Shown in pieces: positions 38,201 through 62,181 of a stretch of DNA of 64,000 nucleotides. The DNA lies in assembly GCA_039621445.1 (NCBI GenBank), contig CP154954.1:4392714-4456713 (forward strand), read 5' to 3'. The notes beneath the pieces are model-generated. The model was not told where the DNA came from, searched no databases, and worked only from the letters and a program-made list of their open reading frames with translations. Position numbers and translations under genes: made by a program. This DNA comes from Euglena gracilis. Its lineage: Eukaryota. The first letter of the stretch is position 1. Each line of letters begins with the position of its first letter.

Positions 38201-38449
38201 CTTAAAAAAAAACACACGATTGCAGTCTGTCAAAAAAAAACCGTTGGCCCCGTGCCCATCTTGCGGCAGCGGGACGGTGGCTGCGGCGGCCTTCGACGGG
38301 TCGACGCGCTGCTTCTTCTTCTTGATGAACGGGTCCGCCGCCTCCCCCCCGGCGGGGCTCTGGGCGACCTTGACCTTGTACTTCTTGGGGGCCGGCCGCT
38401 TGGCCGCCTTCGCCTTGTCCTCCTTGAACGACACCTTCTTCGGTCCCAT
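35277..38449 (-). CDS. Multi-exon Lys-rich hypothetical protein, possible degenerate RRM
   Basis: Inferred exons: 38449-~38280 (MGPKKVSFKEDKAKAAKRPAPKKYKVK..), ~37525-37399, 37156-37127, 36616-~36500, ~35871-35717 and 35459-35277 (..LAQLRFDSPDEAQEVI..GIKGV*). High GC3; GT-AG introns 37126-36617 and 35716-35460 keep the frame. Confidence 0.75.
37157..37398 (-). other. Nonconventional or intermediate intron consisting of a family-B MITE (37162-37395) plus one TSD copy
   Basis: CGC|GTC-CCGGCTGCTTTTTTAAG ... CTTAAGAAGAAGCCGG-ACCTC|ATC; flanks ACCGCGTC / ACCTCATC (6/8). Confidence 0.7.
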
Positions 38450-41400
38450 CAGTTTGCTGCCAGTGAACGAGTGAACGGAAGGGGGGTGGGCGGAGTCAAG
38501 AATGTTGCTGATGAATTTGTGCATTCCTCCAACCCGCATTGAAAAACAACCACAATTTTGTTTGTCCCAAGCGTTCATTTTTTTTTTCACACAAATATAG
38601 CTCCCTCCAACTACAAACACCCCGAGGGTCTTGAAATGTTTGAAATATAAACCGTGGGAGTTGACGTACATGGCGTGAGAATGTTCCTGATTCTAGACAC
38701 CCCCTTCACCCTGGTGCCCACCTACTGGCCTCATTCATTCCTTTCCCTCCCCCCTTGTTCAAGACACACCGTGTTGTTTTTCACACTCCTCGTGTCAACG
38801 GCATTTTGCCGGAACACCAGGCGAGTTTTGTCCTCGAACCACACCGGGTCGTTGGCACCCCCCTCTGTGTCAACGGCACAATGCTTTGAACACTGGTGTA
38901 TCTATGTCGCCTGCACCCCAGTTTGTCCGGCCGCCGTCCGGGTCTCCCGGCCGCTGTGGTGCCCAGCATCACAGCGGCCAGAGTGCGCACGCGCCACAGT
39001 GGTGCCGGTGGGGGGTCCACACCATGTTCAGGTGTGTCTGAACCCACCCACGGGGGTGACTGACTGGGTTTTTATTGGAATGACTGACTTGTTTTTGGCT
39101 CCAGACCCCCACGGGGGGGGGGGGGTCGGCCAGAATGGCTGAAAGTTGCCACCCCGCGCCGAAAGCACTGGACTTCTTTGGGAGGTTTTTGGTCATTGAT
39201 TTTGAGATTTATTGGCTGAATGGCCAAAGTGACCGACTGCTGCGAACTGGGACCGATTTTTTTTTAAAAAAATGACTGACTGGTTTTTTTGAAAGTGGAA
39301 ACTGACCTTCTCCCGGGGGGCATGGTCCCCACACCCTTCCTGCACCCCCGTGGCCCCAGTCCGTGAGTGCAGCCGCACGCAAGGCCCGGGTCGCCACCAT
39401 TGCAGCGCCACTCCAAGCCAGGGAAACTGGCCCACCCCTCCTTGCCACCTTGGTCCCCATTCCGAGGTGCATTTGGGCTGTGTTAGATTTCAGAGAACTC
39501 CACAACAAACCAAATGCCTTCAATTGCCCCGTGGTTATCTTTGGGGGTTGAAGTTTCACACACGAACATCCAGTCATTCTGCTAAGCTGGGCAACTTTTT
39601 TCTTTCGGGTTCACAGATTGTGTTTTACACAGAAAACCACCCTCCCCCAGACCCCAAAAGCAAAACTCGACGGTTCGGGCAGCGAGGTAGCTCTGAACAT
39701 TAAAGGGGGACAAATGGGCAGAGCCGGTTGGAGGGCAAGGTTTCTGCTGGGGTGGGGGGGAGAGGCGGGGTAGTCACAGTGCTCTGAAAATCCTTCCTGC
39801 GCACTGCCAATGTGATCACACAGTGCAATTTATCTATTACAGTACTGTGCTCTCAGTAGTGGAGCCGTCAGCCAGTGGCCTACGTGGTCTCTTGCTTGAC
39901 TCCAACCAGTGGGTGGGAATGGGTGGAAGAAAAACATTTCGGCCACTATACTACGGGGCCAGCCGCAAACCTATCAGAAACCCTGATTAACCGACACGGT
40001 TTACGAACTGCCTTGTGTGTGAGAAATCCGGACTTGGTAGGAAAGAAAAATGCAGCCAAACAATTCCCACCCAATTTTGATTTGCCATTAGAATAAAGTA
40101 AATAATCTTTCGTCCCATTTGTCTTTGATATGTGGCGGGGGAAACCAATAATAAAACCAAAATTTATGTACCCAAATGCTTGGTTGCTGGGGGAGGCTTC
40201 GGAGACAAGCGGCACAGTGTGTCAAAGTCGCAGCACTTCAAGGGGAGGAAAAACCACAAAAATGTCCCAGGAATGTGTCGTTGACAACAGCGGGAGTGTC
40301 AACGACACGCTGTGCCTCAGAGAAAGAGAAAGGGGGGGGGCAGACGTCCGACACATACAGTGCCCGAAATAGCAAAAAACTAAACATTCTCCAACCTAAA
40401 TTTTCGGCGTCCTGGAAACAAGGGACGATGAAGAGTATTGAGTCACCATCCACCACGTTCCCATTCTAGCACTCGGTGTCTTCAGAACCACCCGGTCAAC
40501 AACACAAAGAATCTGGGATGGCGATGGGAACGATGATGAAAGGCAATAAGGAGGGTGGAAGGAGGTTATTGCGAATTTTGAAATGAGGCTGCACCGCGTG
40601 GATGGGGGAGAGATGGGACCATTCCAAGCAGAATCTGAAATCATTTTGAGTCTTTCAAAATCCATTTGGCCATTTTTTACCGATTTTTAGAAAAAAATTC
40701 GCCTTGCGTCGATTTCTTCGGTGCAGTCTGCCTGGCAAAATATTTCTTTGGCGCCGCGGCCGCATCCCAGCTGAAGTTGTGTGGGGCAGCAAACAAGGCA
40801 GGAAAGGCAAGAAAAAGGTGCTGGCTGGATGGACCCATATCCCCAGGCGAACGGTCCCCTTTGACTTAAGAAATTGACCAGACCAGCCATTTTCACACAC
40901 CAGGTCACACACATTTTTGATGGTGTGACGTAATGTTCCATTTGTGCAGGGTTTTGTGCTGGGTTCGAGTCAATGAATGTGGGCAAAGAATAAACCAGTT
41001 CTGTGTGTGTTTGCATGCTCACGTGTTTGTGAGGGGTTTTGGGGGTGCAATTAGGAGGAACACACAACAGTGAATCCGCCTCTGCTCCGCCCAACCACCG
41101 CCTGGGGGGGGGGGGTGGCCCAGCCTCGGAAGAGGTCAGACGGTCGTAAAGGAGTGGACAGAAAAGACAGAAGAACGGCAGACAAGGGGATGGGCAGACA
41201 TTGTGCTCTCCTGGAGGCATATGCCTAATTCAACGGTTCCCGACGGAACCACCTTTTCCAATTCAGGGCAAATTAATGGTCCAATTGTTGGTCCAATCCA
41301 AAAAAAATTGTCAACCATAGGAGGAGTTCCTGAAGGACCAGCCCACTGGGTGCGAAAAGGTGCAGGCCCTAAAAAAAAAAAAAACGGGTGCTGTGTGGCC

Positions 41401-41656
41401 CTCCCGCCATTCAGGATGAGGGGGGTCCAGGGCTGCTATGCAGAGCTGGTCCCCAAAAACTGAGCAAAATGGCAAAACTGGAAATTTGCTGATAAAAACT
41501 GAAAGTGCAGCACGCCTCAAAAGCAACCTTTCATTTTATATTTTTCTAAACTTATCATTCATTTGTATTTCATGCATTGGATTCCTACAACCGCCGACCA
41601 GGGGGGGGTCATAAGCATCCCCTGACCTGCAACCCCCAACGGGGGGGGGGGGGGGG

Positions 41657-42035
41657 CAGGGTTCGATATAAGGACAGGTGGGGGGGTGGTCCGGACCCCC
41701 CCCCCTGCGGGCCAGGAGGGGGGGGTGGAGGGACACCCCCCCTACCTAAACAGTGGCGGTCTGGGTGACCGAATTTCGCGCCGGGCCGAAAATTTTTGAC
41801 CCCCCAAAAAGACCAAAAGTGCCATTTTGGGCACTTTTTGGGCAAAAATGTGCCAAAAATGCAAAAAAAAAATTGACCCTTTTTGGGGGGGTCCCGGATA
41901 CCCCCCAGGGTCGGTCCGGACCCCCCTGGCAGGTGGGGGGGGGGTGGTCCGGACCCCCCTTGCAGGTGGGGGGGGGGGGGGGGGGGGGGGCCCCCCCCAC
42001 CTAAACCATGTACGCCCTCCTTATATCAAACCCTG
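41657..42035. mobile_element. CAG..CTG MITE inserted in a poly-G tract
   Basis: TIR CAGGGTT(C/T)GATATAAGG (16/17); both flanks are G runs of 8 or more. Confidence 0.8.
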
Positions 42036-42757
42036 GGGGGGGGGTCCTACGACCAGGTGCCAAAAAAACCTACGTTGTAAACCTATGTGTAAAAAAACCC
42101 ATGCTTTTCCTATGTCACCAAAGACAGCCAACCAGGGAGGGGCGACATTCTTTGGTTGTCGGTGTTACATATGATTTTCATATTCATCCTTTTGTGGAAA
42201 AGGGGAACGTTGATTAACGTGGGCAACTTGAATAGAAAATGGAACGGAATGAAAAAAGATTGGAAATATTGCGAATAATGTTGCCATTTTCTTGCTTTGA
42301 AGCAAACCAGACAACTCCCAGGAGAGGAAGAGGTGTTTACTTCAAACTTTGAAAAAGACCTCCAGACAGAGAATAGTTCACACCAACCACTCGGGTCAAA
42401 ACTGCTGGGTATCATCTCAATGAACTCTGACGGAGCTGTTAGGCTGTTAGGCTGTTAGGAGCGAAAAATTTGTCATGTTCAGGTGGAAACACCACCAAGC
42501 AACATGGCATCGTCTCGTGTATCTGTGGGGGGAGGGGTTGGTACATTTTTCGGTAACAATGAAACCCGGTCATGTTTCGCCGAGGATTCTAAATGATCGG
42601 TGTTTGGTGAGAAGCGGCATGGTCAAGGAACATCCCTTATGGCACGGACAGGCAGGAGGGAGAGTGGCAGTTCGAGAATGCAGTTGGGAAAGGAATGGCG
42701 ATGAACCGTCTGTCAAAGATGGGGCTGAGGATGGGCAAGGAATTTGAAATTCTGTGT

Positions 42758-42798
<41 letters not shown>

Positions 42799-43093
42799 CG
42801 TGGCGTGTGTGCTTGTGTGTGTTGGTGCATGTTATGTGATCCCCCCACTCCATGCTTTTCGTGCTGGTCTTTGCCTCTGCTTCTGCTGGTTGCATTTTTT
42901 ATTCCTTCCTTTCTTCTTTTTGACAGCATGCTGAGAAACTCCTTGCCAGTGATGGGCACGAAACGAAAGGGACCTAACCCTAACCATAGTTGACCCCCAG
43001 ATTTTTTGCCATTGTCGGCCATTTTCGGACATTTTCGGCCATTTTGGGCCATTTTCGGCCATTTTTTCCCATAGGTGGGGCAAAATTACCTTA

Positions 43094-43506
43094 CCCCCCC
43101 CCCTATGTCCAATGACCGGTAACCTCTGTCCTCTGACCGGGGGGGGGTGGTCGTTGGACATAGGGTAGTGACCAAAAAGGTGTCCTCCGACTGGGGGGGG
43201 TGGTCGTTGGACATGGGGTCAAAAGAAAGTTGGTGAGCACCCGGGTCCCTACCCACCCAAAAATGCCCAAATTTTCCCTTCCGGCGCTTTGCGCCGAAAA
43301 TTTTGGGCAATTTGGACAAATTTTTTGTCCAAAAAGTGTCAAAAATGGCATTTTGGCCAAATTTTTGGCCAATTTTTGGGCAAAATTTTTCGTCCCGGCG
43401 CTTTGCGCCGGGACCAAAAATTTGGTCAAACCTCCAAAAAGGTGTCCTCTGACCGGGGTGGTGGTCATTGAACATAGGGGGGTTGTTGGACATAGGGGGG
43501 GGGGGG
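43094..43506. mobile_element. TA-flanked MITE with poly-C/poly-G ends
   Basis: TA|C10-TATGTCCAA ... TTGGACATA-Gn|TA; internal GGTCGTTGGACATA repeats; related sequence at 58474-58680. Confidence 0.75.
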
Positions 43507-44234
43507 TAGTTGTGAGCAACAAATCAAGCAAACGGATCCAAGGAGATCCGTTTGGAATGGGTGCTCGGGGATTAAAGAGTGTTTTGCTCCAATATGTGCT
43601 CACTCAGTTGAAAGCAGATTGGCCATTGTGACATTTGAGGTCAGCAATCCACCCATGCAAACGGGTAACTATCTTGTTTCCCAAATCGCAACCACTTTCA
43701 TAACAGTTTTTGATCCCGCTCTTGGATGTGAAAGATTTTTGTCAAATTTGAGACGTTTGCATTTGGCTTACCACCATATCTGTGAACCTGTAAAATTAAG
43801 AAAAAAGTTGTATCCATTGAGACTGAATAGAAAGGGGGCATCGGTTGAAAGTACTTTTGATGATATACCACTTCATCAAAATAAGAAAACGACCTTGTGT
43901 CGTTCCCTCGGAGTCTCTTCAAACCTGGAAATTAAAATTAAAATCGATTTGAAAAAAAAATACAAATAATACAGTGTCCAGCAAATCGCTGATGGTGTGG
44001 CATTGACGACCTTCCGGAATGCCAACTGTAGGCTGAACGATTGAAATTTTGTGGGATCATCCCCTTCTGACATCAATTTGGGTATCTAGAGAACCTGAAT
44101 TCAAAATGGACCTAAAACCCAATTATTGTGTCGCGCATACCTCAACGGTTACAATGAAACCATTGGTGGGGCGGGAGTCATCTGTCTCATCCATGACAAT
44201 AGCCACATAAAAATGTCCATCAACAAGGCACATA

Positions 44235-44983
44235 TGGCATAAAGTCAGGCCCCCTTACCCAGGTAAGGGGTGGGTAAGGGGTGGGTAAGGGGTGGGTAAG
44301 GGGTGGGTAAGGGGTGGGTAAGGGGTGGGTAAGGGGTGGGTAAGGGGTGGGTAAGGGGTGGGTAAGGGGGGGGGAAGGGGTGGGTAAGGGGTGGGTAAGG
44401 GGTGGGTAAGGGGTGGGTAAGGGGGGGGGGTAGGGGGGGGTAGGGGGGGGGGTAAGGGGTGGGTAAGGGGGGGGTAAGGGGTGGGTGTTGGGGGTTGAGA
44501 ATGAAGTGTATGGGGATGTTGTTTATTATGTTTGTTGACAAAATCCGCTCTTTGCCCTCAAAATCTGCCAAAGACGAGGATGAGGTTTATTTTTTTGCCG
44601 GGGGGGGTCCGGGGGGGGGGGGGGGGGGGCGGGAGCCCCCCCCCCGGGCAGTGCAGCAGTTCAATGGGTCCCGCTACTTGCCATCAAAATGATGCATCCG
44701 AAAATTTTTTTGTCCCACATGACTTGGGGTAAGGGGTGGGTAAGGGGTGGGTAAGGGGTGGGTAAGGGGGGGGGTAAGGGGTGGGTAAGGGGGGGGGGGT
44801 AAGGGGTGGGGAAGGGGTGGGTAAGGGGTGGGTAAGGGGTGGGTAAGGGGTGGGTAAGGGGTGGGTAAGGGGTGGGTAAGGGGTGGGTAAGGGGGGGGTA
44901 AGGGGTGGGTAAGGGGTGGGTAAGGGGTGGGTAAGGGGTGGGTAAGGGGTAAGGGGGTGGTAAGGGGGCTTCACTTTGTGCCA
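44235..44983. mobile_element. TGGCA..TGCCA TIR element carrying two (GGGGTGGGTAA)n arrays
   Basis: TIR of about 25 bp, TGGCA(T/C)AAAGT(C/G)A(G/A)GCCCCCTTACC; arrays at 44261-44487 and 44706-44968 in the same orientation. Confidence 0.8.
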
Positions 44984-45114
44984 TGACTCATATATATATA
45001 CACACACAAATATATATGTGTATACATATATATATACATATATACATACATATATACAGTACATATATACATACAGAAATACATGTATATGCATATATAC
45101 ATATACATTATGTA

Positions 45115-45850
45115 CAGTGTGGCAAGTAAATTTTCAGACCCAAATGCCAAATAAATTTTCAGACCCTGAAAAAAAATCAAAAAAAATGATGGCACCCCAC
45201 ACTCCACAGTATCATCCAGAATTGAGAGCACTGGTGGAGTGGTGCTTTGGCAGGCGATTGTGACTGCTAAGTGCCCAATGGCGACACCGTGGTATTGCAG
45301 AACAACAAAAATACAATTTGGCACCGAGTGTTATGGATGTAAAATTTGCTGTTGCACAGACTTGCACAAACAAAACGGGGACAATGAAATGGACCGCCTT
45401 TGGCGAATTTCAATGGACTTCTCACGCACAAAACTTTGGTGAAACTGGTATGCCCATCCACTGTGAACGTCCAACAAAACGCAATTTGCGAGCCCAGACG
45501 GAAAAAATGACTGGGGAGCCCATTTCCAGCTGTCAACCCCTCTCACCCCACCCAGACAGGCAATTGTGCACGGAGCAAGCCTGCTTCTATCTAGACTGCA
45601 GTGAATGCGGTTTGCAAAATCCGTCCTTTTCCAAAATGATGTGTCCAAACGGTCTTCGGTGGTGCTATCGGGCACAGCAGTCACAATCGCCTGTCAAAGC
45701 ACCACTCCACCAGTGCTCTCAACTCTGGGAGGCGTCTGGGAGGCGATTGGGGATGGCACTGTGGAGTGTGGGGTGCCATCATTTTTTTTATTTTTTCAGG
45801 GTTTGAAAATTTACTTGGCACTTGGGTCTGAAAATTTACTTGCCACACTG
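45115..45850. mobile_element. Tc1/mariner-type non-autonomous element with long TIRs
   Basis: TA|CAGTGTGGCAAGTAAATTTTCAGACCCAA ... TTGGGTCTGAAAATTTACTTGCCACACTG|TA; arms of about 180 bp. Confidence 0.9.
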
Positions 45851-46093
45851 TATATATATATATATATATACGTATATAAACACATATATACATATACATA
45901 TATATACACATATACATATGTACACATATGTACACATATGTACGCAGTAGGCATGGGGGGGTACCTCCCAAGAAAAAATGTGAAGGATCCACTGGAGGTC
46001 CGTACAACGTGCGTGTTGCCATGTTGCCTGTCCCATTTGGTGGCATCGTAACGTAAAATGTGCTCCTGCATGTCCGCAGAGCATTTCTGCACA

Positions 46094-46339
46094 ATGCCAC
46101 CCAAGCGATCCAGCCCTGTGCATGATGCTCAGCGGGCCCGGATTTGGGCTTCCTTTTGTGGTGGCTCCAGCTATGGGGCCATCGCCACTGCCGAGCGCCT
46201 CGGCCGCAGCACCGTGCAGTCCATTTTCAAGCAGATTCGGGATTCGGGACAAGTCGCTGCACGGACTGGTGGTGGGCATCCCCGTGCGTATCACAGAGGT
46301 GTGCTTTCCCATCTTTTTGATAGGCGAATGCTTGCTCAG
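46094..46339 (+). pseudogene. IS630/Tc1/mariner-type transposase N-terminal HTH fragment
   Basis: MPPKRSSPVHDAQRARIWASFCGGSSYGAIATAERLGRSTVQSIFKQIRDSGQVAARTGGGHPR fits the HTH plus GRPR-like linker pattern. No DDE domain was found downstream. Confidence 0.7.
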
Positions 46340-46438
46340 GTACAAAAACACACCTCACCAACAAACATCATATACATATACATATACACACACACACATA
46401 TATATATACACACATACATACATACATATGTATATATA

Positions 46439-46724
46439 TGGCAGCTCCCAACTATATGGCCCCCCAGGGGGGGGGCATATAGTTGGGAGAGGGGGGGGGA
46501 TGGAGTTTGTTGCGTTAATGATGGAGTGGGGTTAGGTGCGCGACTTAGGCTTAGGGTTAGGCCTAACTTGTACACCGAACACCCGTCTAAAAGTTAGGCC
46601 TAACCCTAACCCTAAATTGCGCACCTAGCCCTATTCCGTCATTAACACAAAAAAAATCATCTTGACCCCCCCTCCCAACTATATGCACCCCCCCTGGGGG
46701 GGGCCATATAGTTGGGAGCTGCCA
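46439..46724. mobile_element. Foldback MITE with TTAGGG-like arms
   Basis: TA|TGGCAGCTCCCAACTATATGGCCCCCC ... GGGGGGCCATATAGTTGGGAGCTGCCA|TA. Confidence 0.88.
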
Positions 46725-46824
46725 TATATACATACATACATATACATATATAATATATATATATATATATGTATATCTTTGTATATATCTATATCTATAT
46801 ATATATATCTATATATATAGATAT

Positions 46825-46861
<37 letters not shown>

Positions 46862-46879
46862 TATATATATATATATATA

Positions 46880-47485
46880 CAGTGTGGCAAATAAATTTTC
46901 AGAGACTCCACGGAACCCATCCCAAATGCCTCCCAGAGCTGAGAGCACTAGTGGAGCGGTGTTTTGACAGGTGATAGTGACTGCCCAGTGCCTGGTGGCA
47001 CCACTGCAGTGTTGCAGGACAGCAGAAATACAATTTGGCTCCGAGCGATATAGATGTAAAATTTGCTGTTGCACAGACTTGCACAAACAGAACGGGGACA
47101 ATGAAATGGATCGCCTTTGGTGAATTTCAATGGACCTCTCTCACATGATGTTCTGGTGAAACTGTTGACACTATCCACTGGAACATCCCAGAAGGGAAAA
47201 AATGACTGGGGAGCCCATTTCAAGCTGTCAACCCCTGTCACCCCGTCCGGACAGGGAATTGTACACGGAATGTTCTTGATACGCTGGAGCAATCCTGATT
47301 GCAGTGAATGCGGTATTGCAAAAGCCGTCCTTTTCCAAAATGATGTTGCCAAAAGGTCTTTGGTGGCGCCACCAGGCACTGGGCAGTCACTATCACCTGT
47401 CAAAACACCACTCCACCAGTGCTCTCAGATCTGGGAGGCAATTGGGATGGGTTCTGGGGAGGATGGGGTGCCATCTTTTTTTTTA
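46880..47485. mobile_element. Second, diverged and right-truncated copy of the Tc1-type element
   Basis: TA|CAGTGTGGCAAATAAATTTTCAGA, with internal homology to 45115-45850. Confidence 0.85.
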
Positions 47486-50400
47486 AATTGGGGGGGGCTG
47501 TTATTTTGGGGGTCCTGTGGAGTCCTGGGGGGAAGGGTCCTGGGGCGGTAGATTTTGGGGGAGGGGGAAACAGGCCTCACCCGAAAAACCCGAAAAGAAA
47601 ACTTTTTTCCATTGAAGGGTGGAGTGGGTGAAAAAAAATACACACATATTGTGGGGGTGTCGGGGTACAAACAAAAAACTGTGGGATTTGTGGGAGGGCT
47701 GGGGGAGTGGGGGGGAAAATACTTTTTATGACTTTGATGACGGGTTTCGGGGGGGGGGGGGACAATCTCTCTTTTTTTGCGGGTGGAAGTGTGGGGGATG
47801 TGGGGGGAAAAACCCCAAAAAATGAGGGTCCTGGGGGGGGGGGTCGGGGGGCATAACTCAACACAAAAACCCCAAAATCTCAAAAACTTCCGCGTGTAGT
47901 GATGTTATTTTTAAGACCAGTGTTGGGGGTAACCCCTCCAGCAGCGGGCACCGAAGACGTCCGGAACTGCATGGCGAGTGCGTCCTGGGGGATAATGAAA
48001 TTTGAGAAAAGGCTTTCCTAACCTTTGGTCCTTTGGTTTCAGCAGCACCACATTTAGGAACAGCGACAACCCAATGACCACCAGCGCATAGCTCAAATCA
48101 CTTGGGAGAGGGATGGCCATCGCGTTGGAAGATGTCCTGTGAAAAGGTGGAGCGGAATTTTCCATTTCAAAAAGAAACCGGTTCTGATGCATGACCTTCA
48201 TCAAGGCCATTTTACCGCACGTGTCCTTGATCCAGGCCACTTTGATTCAAGAGTCTTTTTGCCATTTTGCCCCAACCATCCTCGTTCAAGGCCACTTTGA
48301 CCAACAATAGGCTGAACCCCCTCCCCCATCCGTCACAGCAACTGGAGGCCAAAGTTTTGACCACGACAGGGTAGGCCTTCAAAAAGACTTTGATATGACT
48401 GACGGGACCAGTCAAAATTTGCTAATCCCGTGCGGGGTGGTGACTTCCAGGACCGCTCATTCTGCCCGTAAAATGTCGAATGCCAATGCTCCGCGCCATT
48501 TTTTCCGACGTGTAAATCTTTCAATGAGATTCTTTTGAGACACATCCCAGAAAAATGACTTAGCGAAAATTGGGTGTGAAAACAGCCTCTCGATTTGCTT
48601 GGGGGCTACGTAGCGATGGAATTAGGAAAATGGGCAGATCGGTATTTGTTCGGCAAACCACCCCACAGCCACAATGAAGCAGGAGGAACTATTTAGAGCC
48701 TCGGAAATACTGGCGACAACGCACCAGACTTGACCAATTGTGACCGTCCTCAATGAATGGGTTTCACACCCATCATACTGAACCACCACCCAAGTTGTTT
48801 TTCATGACAATGAAAACTTCCTCCATTGACTGAGGGGGTGAAGAAATTGGAAATGGGATGATGGTTGTGAGGGCAGGGAAGCCAAGTGGGTTGTGAATGG
48901 CCAGCACAGCATGTGGGAAATCGAAGGGCAAAATCCCAAGCACGGATTTCCATGTCATAAACCAGGTGCGACTGTGTCGGAATGTTGCCAAAAATGTTGT
49001 CACACAAGAAAGACACGCAGAGCAGACAATTGGACGGCAGTTCGGTGTTGAATCGGGGCGTTGCTTGACGACAGCCATGGGAGGGGGGTCCAGCTCAGAG
49101 GCTGGAAAATTTGGGCTGGTTGGGAAAAAAGTCTGCAGCTTGACTCCCTTTTTCTCTCTGCCATAAGGTCACCCTGGCTAAACCGGTGCCCGGCTGGGGA
49201 ACTAACCATGCAAAAATACCAAATGTGCAGAAATTGGCCCAAAGCCTACAATTATTTCCCATTTTTGGCCCATTTTTGAACCTAGAAAAGCAAAAAAAAG
49301 CTGTCACGCCTGAAAAAGCCGCCACACCTGAAGGGCTGAAAAATTGAAGGCTGGATAATAAAATAAAAAGAACTCATGGGAGGGGGAGGAGGGAAGGGAG
49401 TCCCAGGCTGGAATCAAGCTGCTGGCTGGCTGACCCCCCCCATGGGGGGACGGGTGCCCTCCGGCTTAAGGGACGCCCTGTCTGAATGGAAAGTTCATGC
49501 AACAAAGGGCTAGTGAGAGGTTTCATGGAGAGAAAGACGGCACAGGACTCACAGCGATTCAGGGACATGATTCCCAGGCAGGATTTGGAGGAGGGGCCAA
49601 TGTATCACCAAAAATAGCGGGGTTTTTTTTGCCTACCCTGGCATCCCCAAATCCTCGGCATCCTCAACTAGTGGGGTCTCATTATCTGGTCCAAATTGTA
49701 TCCCATCTGTGAACGCCTTGAACGGGAATGGCTCGGTGCATCAGGGTTTTATTTTGTTCCGCCCACAAGAGTGTTAGCAAGAAGACCCGATGAAAAACAG
49801 AAACACTTTTAACAAAATACTTTTTTGTCCAAAAATAGGCAGCAACAAATTGAGCAAAAAAACATGCAAGGGAAATGCAAAGTCAACAAAAAGGTCAACT
49901 TGTGAGAAAACTTCTTAAATTACAAACCACTGAAGAAAAAAAAAGCCGACACAAAAAGTTTGGGGAATATCATATCAAAGCTTTTTTTTTCTTCTTATCA
50001 GAAGAAGAGTCATGGCCAGTTTTCCCCCCAAAACCCCCCAGGACTCCACCCCCCCAGGACCCCCCAGGACCCCCCCAGCACCCCCCCAGGACCCCCCCAG
50101 GACCCCCCAGGACCCCCCCAAGACCCACTGGGGGGCGGTACCCAGATGACCCACTGACCGTGGAGTTTTGGGCGCCTTCGGCGCCCGCTACCGGGGGGGG
50201 GGGGCGCCCGCCCCGCCCCCCCCCCCCGGACCCCCGCGGGCTTCAAAATAACCTCATCTTGTGCTGCAAAAAATTTTGCCAAAAAGTTGCGGGACCCCCC
50301 CCCCAGGACCCCCCCAGGACACCCCCAGGACAGAGTCCTGGGGGGGGGGGCAAACTGGCCATAAGTGCAGAAGAAGTCCTGATCACGGTCAGGTTGGTGA

Positions 50401-50893
50401 TAAGAGCAGGTTAACGGAAGGAGATTGGCAGCCTGGACTCACTGCGCAAAATTACATGTAGCCACAACAAGGTGAGCACAGCCCCGAAGTCCTGTAAAGG
50501 AACCTTCGATGATGGAATGTGGTGATCGGACATACAGGTGTGGATAATGGTAATGTTTATTCAGCCATATTTCATATGCAATTTTGAAATAAGCATGGTA
50601 ATGATATACTTGTTAGCGCTGATGGCACAAAACTTCTCCCAAGAAACCGTCTGAACATGAACAATGTGCCTTAAAAAATAATAATAACTTGCTACAAACC
50701 CTTGCCCTCAGGCAATTTGAGCACTTTTCGGGGGGGGGGGTACCTCATTCGATAAAAAAACCTTAGAAAATAGCCTGAGTTCTCTGGGCAAGTCCGAACC
50801 ATGATGGACCATGGTGATAGCATATACAAACCACGAAGAGGAGGGAAACCATTGGCCGAGCAGTGCAGCAGGGAGAAGAAGCATGGGACGGAG

Positions 50894-62181
<11,288 letters not shown>

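Noticed and set aside
44245-45094. Extensin-like PLPTPYPPLTH ORFs
   Set aside because: Translations of the 11-bp array inside a TIR element.
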